Shown: positions 8,110-15,800 of the stretch, piece after piece
Numbering within the stretch: position 1 is the first letter of the stretch
Layout: each line of letters begins with the position of its first letter
Source of the DNA: a virus
Virus record (IMG/VR): IMGVR_UViG_3300003690_000002
Coordinates: 122,399 to 186,398 of that record
Strand: one strand, 5' to 3'
Length of the DNA: 64,000 bases
Program-made: the position numbers and the translations under genes
Notes under the pieces: model-generated
Databases searched by the model: none
What the model was told of the DNA's origin: nothing
Seen by the model: the letters and a program-made list of their open reading frames with translations, nothing else

Positions 8110-9198
8110 TTATTCCTCGTCTTCAGAGGAATTTCCGGTTAGAATTTGAACTAGGTAGTCAGATACTCGAATTCCATCCGTTGCTTTTGCTTGGTGGAGT
8201 GAAGTGGTATTCTCAAGATCCCCAGCACCCAAAACCGTCCACAGTTTCATAGCAACTTCAGAAGGAAGTGTTACAAAATAATTTGATAGATTTTGAATTT
8301 GCTCATCAGACAATTTTTCTTTAAAAATTTCTTTGGCTTCCATTTTTTCAACTAACGCACTATGCGCATTGATATCAAAATCAGATGTTTTTTCAAGCTT
8401 TCCTTCGTCAATGACTTCTTCAACAGTAACTTGATGCTCATAATTAGCGACAAAATCGTTAAATGCCACTGCTGCTTCAAAACCGACATAAGCAGTTGAA
8501 AGATTGAAAAGCGTGGACGAAGCTTCAGCTAGCAAATCAGCCCTTGCAAGACAGTCATTGAGCCGTTTCCAAGAACGTCGCGAAGGATATACTTTGTTTG
8601 GCTCATAATCGCCATCGTGCTCCAAATGATTACGATTTTGATTAATGAAATCCCAAATCAAAGAATCAACATTTTCTTTACCCCAAGACAACCAATCTTC
8701 AATTGATGGCTCAACATCAAATACAACATAGCGGTCAAGTTCCGCAGGGTCCATTTCGTTAACTTGATATTGATCACCATGCTCGCCGCCATTAATGGCA
8801 GCAAAAAGGATCGTATCAGGATGAAGATAGTGACCATTCAATTTGCGAGAATCAGTAAGTTCAAAGATACCTTGTCGAACTTCTGTTGTTGCTCGGTCGA
8901 CTTCGTCTAGAAAAAGAACAACCGGTTCCGTACATGCTGTTACAAACCAATCCGGGGGATTAAATGCAGTAGCTTGCGTACCATTAATATCAACGCCTTC
9001 AGGGCGAGGTAGACCAACTAGATCACCTTCTGTCATTTGACTGGCACGGCGTTCGACAACAGGGATTTGTGCCTCGTTGGCGAATTGATATACAACCTCA
9101 GATTTACCAACCCCGTGACGACCGCGAATCATTACTGGTTTACGATCATCAACAACAAAGGAGACACACTCAAGAAACGTTTTGAAATCAATTGCCAT
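8110..9198 (-). CDS. MoxR-like AAA+ ATPase
   Basis: Walker A GRHGVGKS, Walker B LFLDE, AAIN, DPAELDR. Confidence 0.88.
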   Translation of the reverse strand: MAIDFKTFLECVSFVVDDRKPVMIRGRHGVGKSEVVYQFANEAQIPVVERRASQMTEGDLVGLPRPEGVDINGTQATAFNPPDWFVTACTEPVVLFLDEVDRATTEVRQGIFELTDSRKLNGHYLHPDTILFAAINGGEHGDQYQVNEMDPAELDRYVVFDVEPSIEDWLSWGKENVDSLIWDFINQNRNHLEHDGDYEPNKVYPSRRSWKRLNDCLARADLLAEASSTLFNLSTAYVGFEAAVAFNDFVANYEHQVTVEEVIDEGKLEKTSDFDINAHSALVEKMEAKEIFKEKLSDEQIQNLSNYFVTLPSEVAMKLWTVLGAGDLENTTSLHQAKATDGIRVSDYLVQILTGNSSEDEE

Positions 9199-9233
9199 GT
9201 TTCTATTATCCTTTTTTACTTGTTTCTATATGT

Positions 9234-9262
9234 ATTATCTCATGTATTGATAAGAATGTCAA
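9234..9262 (-). promoter_or_regulatory. sigma70-type early promoter
   Basis: TTGACA-17-GATAAT with extended -10. Confidence 0.8.
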
Positions 9263-9280
9263 CAACTTTTTTATCTTTTT

Positions 9281-9949
9281 TTACCAGGGAAGTGCTTCAG
9301 TTTTAAGAATGTAGCGACGAATGTAGCTCATGTTATTCGACTTCAACTCTGCGTCAATTTCGCTCAGTGTTGCTTCGTCCGTGCTCTCCAACCAACCGCA
9401 AGGGACTTGCGCGGTGACGAGACGACACGGGATAGTACCGCGAATTTCTACGCGACGTGGGTTGACGGTACTGCGTTCCTTTGAACCGTCCACATTTGCA
9501 ACACGGAGACATGATGCGTTAGGAACACCAACACCGTTTTCATCAACGATAACGCGCTGTGCATTGATAACGGTCCAGTTCACACTTTCTACCAGTCCCA
9601 AACCTTTACCATTGTAATAAGTTTCATACTCAACGAGCGCGCCGACACCGATACCGCAACTTTTCAACCAGGTAAGGGCTTTTTCTCGTGCGGTTCGATT
9701 TTTCTGCATAAATACGCCTTGGTCTTGTTTCGCTTCGGAACACGTTTTGCGGTTGTGGCCTTCATTCTCGCAATATCCACAAGTGCGCTTGCTTCGCCGC
9801 TGTTTCTTCTCGAAATAGTTTGTAGCGCGATAATCATCTGGATTCTCATCCAATCGTTTTTGCATTTCTGCTTTAAGTTTAGGACAGCCGCTGCGATTGT
9901 GACCTTTGTCGTAACAATTTGAACATCTAACCGTTCCATTCCAACTCAT
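9281..9949 (-). CDS. double CCHC zinc-knuckle protein
   Basis: CSNCYDKGHNRSGC and CGYCENEGHNRKTC = Cx2Cx4Hx4C. Confidence 0.75.
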   Translation of the reverse strand: MSWNGTVRCSNCYDKGHNRSGCPKLKAEMQKRLDENPDDYRATNYFEKKQRRSKRTCGYCENEGHNRKTCSEAKQDQGVFMQKNRTAREKALTWLKSCGIGVGALVEYETYYNGKGLGLVESVNWTVINAQRVIVDENGVGVPNASCLRVANVDGSKERSTVNPRRVEIRGTIPCRLVTAQVPCGWLESTDEATLSEIDAELKSNNMSYIRRYILKTEALPW

Positions 9950-9979
9950 ATTTTCTCCGTGCTTCGAGTTTCTATGTGT

Positions 9980-10008
9980 ATTATCTCATAGATTTGAGGG
10001 TTTGTCAA
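9980..10008 (-). promoter_or_regulatory. sigma70-type early promoter
   Basis: TTGACA-17-GATAAT with extended -10. Confidence 0.8.
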
Positions 10009-10024
10009 GAAGTTTTTTATCTTT

Positions 10025-10210
10025 TCATGCTTTCGAAAGAACTTTTACATTAGTGCGACGGAGCCAAGAAAAGCCAATCAAACGACTATCATATCTAAAA
10101 GACTTCATCCAGTGAACCTTTATATCAATGCCACGACTTTCTTGAACAATTCCAATTTCTCCACGCCAATTTACAAGGTCGCCAATTCCTGGCTTAGAAG
10201 GGGACGTCAT
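10025..10210 (-). CDS. GDLV family small protein
   Basis: MTSPSKPGIGDLVNW; ATG at 10210 in a 17-nt overlap with the upstream gene. Confidence 0.7.
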   Translation of the reverse strand: MTSPSKPGIGDLVNWRGEIGIVQESRGIDIKVHWMKSFRYDSRLIGFSWLRRTNVKVLSKA

Positions 10211-10832
10211 TGGAAATCTCTTTTTTCTTTGGCTTTTTGTATGCTTTAAGGTGGCGTTCTTCACATTCAAATGGTTTTGCCAAACCGTAAGGCAAAACTT
10301 TGTATGGCTTCGCGCCCTTAGCTGCACTCTTAATAGTTCCGCCGGTTGAAATAACGACACAGGGTTTGTTACCAACAGTCACTCGATGAGTCCAATCAGC
10401 AGTGGCACGGAACATGACAGTAGAGCCAATTATATATTTTGGCGGAGCGTCATAAACAGCTAATACTTTCTTAGCATATTTATTTTCGCACATTTTTCGC
10501 CATGCTTTTTCAGAGGGAATAAATTGCACGTCTTCCACGATAGAAGATGCTAGTCTAGTAAAGTATCCGCTTTTCAAATAATATTCTGCACATATGTGAG
10601 CAATTCGACGCTTTTCGTCGTCGTACCTGTCTATCCATTGCTGGTGTGTGTCTTGCGCTTCTGACGAAAGCTTTTGTGTCTCGATTCTCGTAAGAATATT
10701 AATTTGCTTCGACGAAAGCTTTCCTCGCCTATTAAATTGTGTCTGTAGGCTCTCTAAGAATCCGCGTTCCCAATCAGAAAGAAGCTCGGGTTTCGCAATT
10801 GCGTTTGTCAATCTTTCGGACGTGTTGCTCAT
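10194..10832 (-). CDS. phage hypothetical protein
   Basis: WERGFLESL...LSSKQ motif; GGAG SD; follows a promoter. Confidence 0.75.
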   Translation of the reverse strand: MSNTSERLTNAIAKPELLSDWERGFLESLQTQFNRRGKLSSKQINILTRIETQKLSSEAQDTHQQWIDRYDDEKRRIAHICAEYYLKSGYFTRLASSIVEDVQFIPSEKAWRKMCENKYAKKVLAVYDAPPKYIIGSTVMFRATADWTHRVTVGNKPCVVISTGGTIKSAAKGAKPYKVLPYGLAKPFECEERHLKAYKKPKKKEISNDVPF

Positions 10833-10858
10833 GGAATCTCCACCCTTTGTTCACTATA

Positions 10859-10887
10859 ATTATCTCACAGATAAAAGAAAATGTCAA
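10859..10887 (-). promoter_or_regulatory. sigma70-type early promoter
   Basis: TTGACA-17-GATAAT with extended -10. Confidence 0.8.
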
Positions 10888-10893
10888 GCTTTT

Positions 10894-11049
10894 TTAAAGT
10901 TTTTTTAATGTGGTGGTGACTCTTTCTTTAAGAGTGCCATCATTTAATAAGATTGTTGCAATTTGATATGGAAATTGTAATGTTGGTTCACTAAGTTTTA
11001 TTATTACTGCTGTGTGACCTAAATAACTAACCAAGTTACCGACTTTCAT
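10894..11049 (-). CDS. GDLV family small protein (51 aa, not in track)
   Basis: Read by hand from the junction ATG: MKVGNLVSYLGHTAVIIKLSEPTLQFPYQIATILLNDGTLKERVTTTLKKL. Confidence 0.7.
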   Translation of the reverse strand: MKVGNLVSYLGHTAVIIKLSEPTLQFPYQIATILLNDGTLKERVTTTLKKL

Positions 11050-11260
11050 TTATTACCTCAAGGTCGGAGCGACACGAAGAGCTTGTGCGACCAACATGAA
11101 ACCAGTAGACGTAGTACGTTGTGCACCCGTCGTCGAAGAAGCAACTGCCCGCTTTGCCTAGACGAGTGATCACCCCGGTTCGTTCGCCTACAACATCATC
11201 GTCGTGGTCGCCAATTACGTCTTCTTTATTACGTGATTGTACTAAATCACCAACTTTCAT
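11036..11260 (-). CDS. GDLV family small protein
   Basis: MKVGDLV...EVINESR. Confidence 0.8.
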   Translation of the reverse strand: MKVGDLVQSRNKEDVIGDHDDDVVGERTGVITRLGKAGSCFFDDGCTTYYVYWFHVGRTSSSCRSDLEVINESR

Positions 11261-11482
11261 TTATACTTTCTTTCCTTTCTTTTTCTTCTTTGTTTTTCTT
11301 TTTGGAGCCTTAATTCCCAAAAAAGAAGTAGCTTTTTCCCAATCTAGGATTGCAAACTTATCAAATCCATCTTTTTTTATTTCCTCTATAAGATGATCCT
11401 TTACAATGCCATCCCAGTTTTTTTGCGGGTCTTTATAAATGACTATAAAAGGAAATTTCATATGTCGTAATATCACGCTCAT
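11261..11482 (-). CDS. hypothetical protein (non-GDLV cargo in the array)
   Basis: 73-aa ORF with a basic tail, starting 4 nt after a junction stop. Confidence 0.65.
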   Translation of the reverse strand: MSVILRHMKFPFIVIYKDPQKNWDGIVKDHLIEEIKKDGFDKFAILDWEKATSFLGIKAPKRKTKKKKKGKKV

Positions 11483-11485
11483 TTA

Positions 11486-11662
11486 TCACCGACTTTCACT
11501 GATAACCTCACACTTCTCTTCAATGTACTGTTTAGTAAACCACTGAATTCTTTGGTTAGGACATAAAACACCATACGGTGTACGACGTCTACGGTCTTTA
11601 ATCTTTACTATCAAACCCACTTCAGGGAACTCAGATTCTTTAATTAAATCACCGATTTTCAC
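11486..11662 (-). CDS. GDLV family small protein (58 aa, not in track)
   Basis: GTG start in a junction: (M)KIGDLIKESEFPEVGLIVKI...EVISESR. Confidence 0.75.
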   Translation of the reverse strand: MKIGDLIKESEFPEVGLIVKIKDRRRRTPYGVLCPNQRIQWFTKQYIEEKCEVISESR

Positions 11663-11837
11663 TAATCACCTCCAAAAAATTACCGCACATCCAGTTAATT
11701 TCACCGTCTAAGAAACAAACTTGGAACGGATAATCACGTCCTTTTGCGCGCTGTTCATAATCCACTTTGAGCACAATCCCCATTTCTGGTTTACGATTCA
11801 TTCGTGTCTTTTCCCTAACCAAGTCACCGACTTTCAT
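11649..11837 (-). CDS. GDLV family small protein
   Basis: MKVGDLV...EVISENR. Confidence 0.8.
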   Translation of the reverse strand: MKVGDLVREKTRMNRKPEMGIVLKVDYEQRAKGRDYPFQVCFLDGEINWMCGNFLEVISENR

Positions 11838-12105
11838 TGATTATCTCGACAAGTTCTCTGGGCCATTTGCGAGTTTCACCTTCGGTGTGCACCTGGATCC
11901 AATCCCGGTATCCAGATTCAATAACGAGTCCTATTTTATTGTTGCCACTGTTTTTGACTAGATCACCGGCTCTGAAAATATCATTGCCTCTTTCTTCTTC
12001 ATCATCGCGGCGATGTGCTTCTTCAACTTCGCGTTGTGAAGTTGCGTACCGCTCGTTTGCTTGGAGTTCCTTACAATTAGGACCCCAGCCTGGTGGTGCT
12101 CCCAT
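11824..12105 (-). CDS. GDLV family protein with N-terminal extension
   Basis: GGAG SD, MGAPPGW...FRAGDLVK...EIINESR; start corrected to 12105. Confidence 0.7.
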   Translation of the reverse strand: MGAPPGWGPNCKELQANERYATSQREVEEAHRRDDEEERGNDIFRAGDLVKNSGNNKIGLVIESGYRDWIQVHTEGETRKWPRELVEIINESR

Positions 12106-12115
12106 TATTTTTCTC

Positions 12116-12289
12116 CTATTCGCACCTACTGATAAGGTCCGCTTCATTCCACCACACAGTGCCACGTTTACCATTGTCGACCCAAATCACATCAAAGCAT
12201 GAATCATCAACCTGTGATGCCTCCCAAATTTGTATAACAATGCCTAGTGTGCCATGTTTTTTAAATTTTATCAAATCACCGACTTTCAT
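12116..12289 (-). CDS. GDLV family small protein (57 aa, not in track)
   Basis: Read by hand: MKVGDLIKFKKHGTLGIVIQIW...WWNEADLISRCE. Confidence 0.75.
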   Translation of the reverse strand: MKVGDLIKFKKHGTLGIVIQIWEASQVDDSCFDVIWVDNGKRGTVWWNEADLISRCE

Positions 12290-12482
12290 TGGCTTCTCTC
12301 AGCACCTTGAGTCTAAATTTTTGGATAAAATATCGCTCGCCTCGGTGTAATATCCATATGTCACTCGAAGTCCCGCCCTCGGCTACAATTAAGACCGGTG
12401 CGCGTGTCTGATATAATTCGCGCACCCAACTTGGCGCGCCCGTTGAAAGATTGCGAACTATCGCTAAGTCACCGGGCTTCAT
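12276..12482 (-). CDS. GDLV family small protein
   Basis: MKPGDLA...EANESR; start corrected to 12482. Confidence 0.75.
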   Translation of the reverse strand: MKPGDLAIVRNLSTGAPSWVRELYQTRAPVLIVAEGGTSSDIWILHRGERYFIQKFRLKVLREANESR

Positions 12483-12780
12483 TAACTGCCTCAATGCATG
12501 GTATACCAGCAGGCAATTCGCCTGAAACGACTCCACCATGCTTGGCGCAAACTAATGAAATTCTTTCCACGGGGACATATCCATAAACTGTGTTGGTTGG
12601 CTCATCTTCGTCCTCTGCCCATTTCAACAGCAAAGGTTCGAAGTGTGACGGAAATCCGACCTCGACCATGGTATATCTAGGGGCATTGTCAACTCGTGGG
12701 CTACAGTATGCGCCATGATTTGCCTGTACGCTCATTGCAAATCCATCCTTACAGATAATTTGTTCGTTTATTAGTTTCAT
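12469..12780 (-). CDS. conserved phage hypothetical protein carrying the junction tail
   Basis: CKDGFAMSVQA...YCSPR...EVGFP family; ends EAVNEAR. Confidence 0.75.
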   Translation of the reverse strand: MKLINEQIICKDGFAMSVQANHGAYCSPRVDNAPRYTMVEVGFPSHFEPLLLKWAEDEDEPTNTVYGYVPVERISLVCAKHGGVVSGELPAGIPCIEAVNEAR

Positions 12781-12962
12781 TCGCTTATGATCTCGACACA
12801 CGTTCTCTTTATCGCCACGGACGAGAAAAGATTATCAACAGAAGCCACCATTACATATTCATATTGTTTTGGGTGGCACACTATGGAATCATTACATAAA
12901 CCTGTAATAATAAATAATTTCTTTCTCGCTGGTTTTATCTTTACTAAATTTCCGATTTTCAC
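12777..12962 (-). CDS. GDLV family small protein
   Basis: GTG-KIGNLVKI...EIISE. Confidence 0.75.
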   Translation of the reverse strand: MKIGNLVKIKPARKKLFIITGLCNDSIVCHPKQYEYVMVASVDNLFSSVAIKRTCVEIISE

Positions 12963-13178
12963 TTATTTTGTCACGCTATTAACTATTTCTAAATCGTCAA
13001 TATGTTCGTTGTGGATTACGTTGTCTGACCATTTTACTCTAATCCATTTGCGACCGCAAATTTTAATCACCAAACCCGTCATATCTTGAAGCCCATGATC
13101 TGCGCCACATTGGGACGTATCCCATTTAATAATATGTGATACTAAATCGCCAACTTTTATTCTATTTTGCAATCGCAT
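12963..13178 (-). CDS. GDLV family small protein
   Basis: KVGDLV...GLVIK...DLEIV. Confidence 0.75.
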   Translation of the reverse strand: MRLQNRIKVGDLVSHIIKWDTSQCGADHGLQDMTGLVIKICGRKWIRVKWSDNVIHNEHIDDLEIVNSVTK

Positions 13179-13348
13179 AAACCTTCTTCAATTAGATATT
13201 TGGCAGTGCGTCCATAATGACCTTGCAATTGCCACGCTAAACCAGAATTAATCAATTCTTGAAAGAATTGAATTGTTTCGTCTTCATTCATTGTGCCATT
13301 TTCGTAACGAATAATCTTATCAACCATATTTATATCCTTTGAATCCAT
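13157..13348 (-). CDS. conserved phage hypothetical protein
   Basis: FQELINSGLAWQLQGHYGRTA motif; follows a promoter. Confidence 0.7.
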   Translation of the reverse strand: MDSKDINMVDKIIRYENGTMNEDETIQFFQELINSGLAWQLQGHYGRTAKYLIEEGLCDCKIE

Positions 13349-13357
13349 AGTGCTTAT

Positions 13358-13386
13358 ATCATAACATATAAGAACTAGTCTGTCAA
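13358..13386 (-). promoter_or_regulatory. sigma70-type promoter (variant)
   Basis: TTGACA-17-TATGAT. Confidence 0.6.
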
Positions 13387-13860
13387 GCCTTTCGTAATAA
13401 AGACTGACCATGTTGGGTAAGTATTTGCCGCGCCAGAAGAAAAGAAATCATCCAGCTTGCATTCGCGCAGCGCACCATTCTTCAAATTAAGAAAGATAAA
13501 CTTGAATTTATCTTTTAATGTCTCCGCATTATGTTTCTCTGAGCCTGTCAAAGTGAATCCTAATCCAGACCAGTTCTCCTTGACAAGCGACTTCCTTTTC
13601 CTACCAGCAGTTTTCAGTTCAAAAAGTGTAATGTTTTCAACTGCTTCTACCAATTGGTCTGGATTGTTAATTGTCTCTGCGTCAGATTCTTTAATCAAAT
13701 CAAAGCCTTTCACTCGTATTTCTTTTCCTACTTGCGCGTAGGCTTCGACAAGATTCTTTCTTTGTTGTGGGGTGGGACGAACAAAACCATGTTGGCGCAT
13801 TGTTGACCATGAGTCTCTCTCGCTCTGTTTTCCCATGTTGTAGCTTTTAGCGTTGTTCAT
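13375..13860 (-). CDS. putative PD-(D/E)xK-type nuclease
   Basis: N-terminal G...E, KGFDLI and FELKT fit the E...(P)D...ExK pattern. Confidence 0.45.
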   Translation of the reverse strand: MNNAKSYNMGKQSERDSWSTMRQHGFVRPTPQQRKNLVEAYAQVGKEIRVKGFDLIKESDAETINNPDQLVEAVENITLFELKTAGRKRKSLVKENWSGLGFTLTGSEKHNAETLKDKFKFIFLNLKNGALRECKLDDFFSSGAANTYPTWSVFITKGLTD

Positions 13861-13886
13861 TGCTATTCCTTTAAAGTTGTAGATTA

Positions 13887-14032
13887 TCAATGTTGAAGGA
13901 AAGTGCCGCGATTCTCGGTGCGTCACATCCCCAGGTTCCTTTTAATTAGCGAATGCTCTTCTTCAAGAGAACCATTGAAGTTTTACCCTTATAATCCCTA
14001 TGTAATGTTATTTTACTTTCCTTCAACATTGA
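13887..14032. repeat. 146-bp element with 18-bp perfect terminal inverted repeats
   Basis: tcaatgttgaaggaaagt (13887-13904) and actttccttcaacattga (14015-14032). Confidence 0.9.
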
Positions 14033-14034
14033 CG

Positions 14035-14535
14035 CTATTTTGCAAGACTTGCTAAAATCTTGTCTGAATGCCATTTAATTGTACCAGGTTTACATGTAAT
14101 TTTTTGCAATTTATTATTTACAAACACCGTTAACTCATTGCGACCAACAGCCGTAACAATAGCGTGCTTTTTATTAACTATAATCAAACTTCCAACTGGT
14201 GGCAAGCCTTTTTCTGTTAAGGAGCCGGGATCTTCAATTTGGAAAAAAGGACGTTTCTGCCCTGGAACCATGTAAAGTCCCCTTTTTTCATCTAGCACTA
14301 ATTTAGTGGTTTTAGGCTTACCATTCAGAGAAGAATATTGTTCGCCCTCAACATGCCATTGATTACCTTTCTTTATTGCTTTGGAAACCTTAAATACAAT
14401 TGTTCTGTATTTTGGATATGTACGATAAACTTCAAGCTCGCCTTGAGTATTCATCACCGCTTCTTCACGAGCCTTAGTTTTGCCACGTCCTAAACCAAAA
14501 CACCACTTTTTTAAAAGAAAGTCATTGGGTTTCAT
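14035..14535 (-). CDS. hypothetical protein
   Basis: 166-aa ORF after a promoter, AAGG SD. Confidence 0.7.
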   Translation of the reverse strand: MKPNDFLLKKWCFGLGRGKTKAREEAVMNTQGELEVYRTYPKYRTIVFKVSKAIKKGNQWHVEGEQYSSLNGKPKTTKLVLDEKRGLYMVPGQKRPFFQIEDPGSLTEKGLPPVGSLIIVNKKHAIVTAVGRNELTVFVNNKLQKITCKPGTIKWHSDKILASLAK

Positions 14536-14572
14536 AATATTTTCCTTTGTAAGAATTTTAAAGAATTAATTA

Positions 14573-14601
14573 ATGATAGCATTCTTTTTTTAGAATGTCA
14601 A
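14573..14601 (-). promoter_or_regulatory. sigma70-type promoter (variant)
   Basis: TTGACA-17-TATCAT. Confidence 0.55.
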
Positions 14602-14608
14602 GCGTTTT

Positions 14609-15103
14609 CTAGAAATAATACATAAATGATATATTGGGAATTGGAAGCACATAAAATCCTTTATTGCCAACTACGAATGAAATTGGAAATTCCATAGAAG
14701 CGCCCAAACCATTTCCAAATTTCCACATAACACCAATGCCGGGACCAAAAATAAAGTATTTTTCACTCTTTTTGAATGGTCCTGGGGAATAATATAAAAT
14801 ACTAGTCCCTGCTGTAACGTATGCTTCAGCCCATCTCTTTTCGTGAATAGTGATAAAAAAAGTTGTACCTCCGACAAAAAGCGCTTTATCTCCATCATAA
14901 TATGGCATAGCGCTTGCTTGAATCCCAAATGTTTGGGAAAATTTATATTTAAATGTTAAGCCTGCACCATGAGTTGGTCCAACAGCAATACCAATGCCAA
15001 ACCTATCTGGACAGTAATTTGGGGCACATTGATCATATGCGTATACATGTGCGGTCGATGCAAAAAATATAATTGCTATCAAAATATATATGTTTACTTT
15101 CAT
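14609..15103 (-). CDS. outer-membrane beta-barrel protein
   Basis: Signal peptide, alternating Gly/aromatic strands, C-terminal MYYF. Confidence 0.7.
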   Translation of the reverse strand: MKVNIYILIAIIFFASTAHVYAYDQCAPNYCPDRFGIGIAVGPTHGAGLTFKYKFSQTFGIQASAMPYYDGDKALFVGGTTFFITIHEKRWAEAYVTAGTSILYYSPGPFKKSEKYFIFGPGIGVMWKFGNGLGASMEFPISFVVGNKGFYVLPIPNISFMYYF

Positions 15104-15273
15104 TTTTCTTCTTTCTTGGAATTAATTATTTAGTTGCGACTTTAACGGCGATAGCATTGTATGCCGCTTTTGAAGCGCCAATAACAATATCACCAAAGAA
15201 ATGTCCTAAAAGAAATATTGCAATAATTACAATAAAATTTTTCATTTTAATAACCTCAAACCTTTTTATTTTT

Positions 15274-15501
15274 TTAATATTCTGAAAGCACTTCGCATTC
15301 AGATTCTAATAGTAAAAACTGTTTATTTTTATGTGTAGCTGGTTTTTGTGTAATTATAACATATTCTTTTATGTCAGAGCCTTTTTTTAACCTGCGCCAC
15401 ATTGGTATGTCCCATATTTCAATAATTATGCCCCTACCTTCGGGCGGAATCGACTTTAACTTCTTGTTTATTTTCCACTTTATTAAATCACCAATTTTCA
15501 T
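15274..15501 (-). CDS. GDLV family small protein
   Basis: MKIGDLIKW...EVLSEY. Confidence 0.75.
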   Translation of the reverse strand: MKIGDLIKWKINKKLKSIPPEGRGIIIEIWDIPMWRRLKKGSDIKEYVIITQKPATHKNKQFLLLESECEVLSEY

Positions 15502-15507
15502 ATATTC

Positions 15508-15536
15508 ATCATAACAAAAATTTAATAAAAAGTCAA
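15508..15536 (-). promoter_or_regulatory. sigma70-type promoter (variant)
   Basis: TTGACT-17-TATGAT. Confidence 0.5.
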
Positions 15537-15572
15537 GAATTTATATGACATTAATTATAAAAATATTTATTA

Positions 15573-15800
15573 TTAAACATTATCATGTTCAATAACCTCT
15601 AAATCTCGCTCAAGAAGCCATGTGGTTTTTTTACCAAGTTGAATTAAAACTGTTTTTTCGCGCTTGCCACCTGGATATTCAATGTGGCTTTCTTTGAGAA
15701 TTAAAACTGGCTTACCATAAGTCCAGATATCTATAATCAATTGGCTATCGCCAAAATCAAACGAAGGCTGTATAATTATTGCTAAATCACCGGGCTTCAC
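15573..15800 (-). CDS. GDLV family small protein
   Basis: GTG-KPGDLA...DLEVIE; starts in the junction core GTGAAGCCCGGTGA (15787-15800). Confidence 0.75.
   Translation of the reverse strand: MKPGDLAIIIQPSFDFGDSQLIIDIWTYGKPVLILKESHIEYPGGKREKTVLIQLGKKTTWLLERDLEVIEHDNV

Larger units (their letters stand above)
11036..12492 (-). repeat. junction repeat array B (6 copies)
   Basis: 14-nt cores at 11036, 11486, 11649, 11824, 12276 and 12469. Confidence 0.9.
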
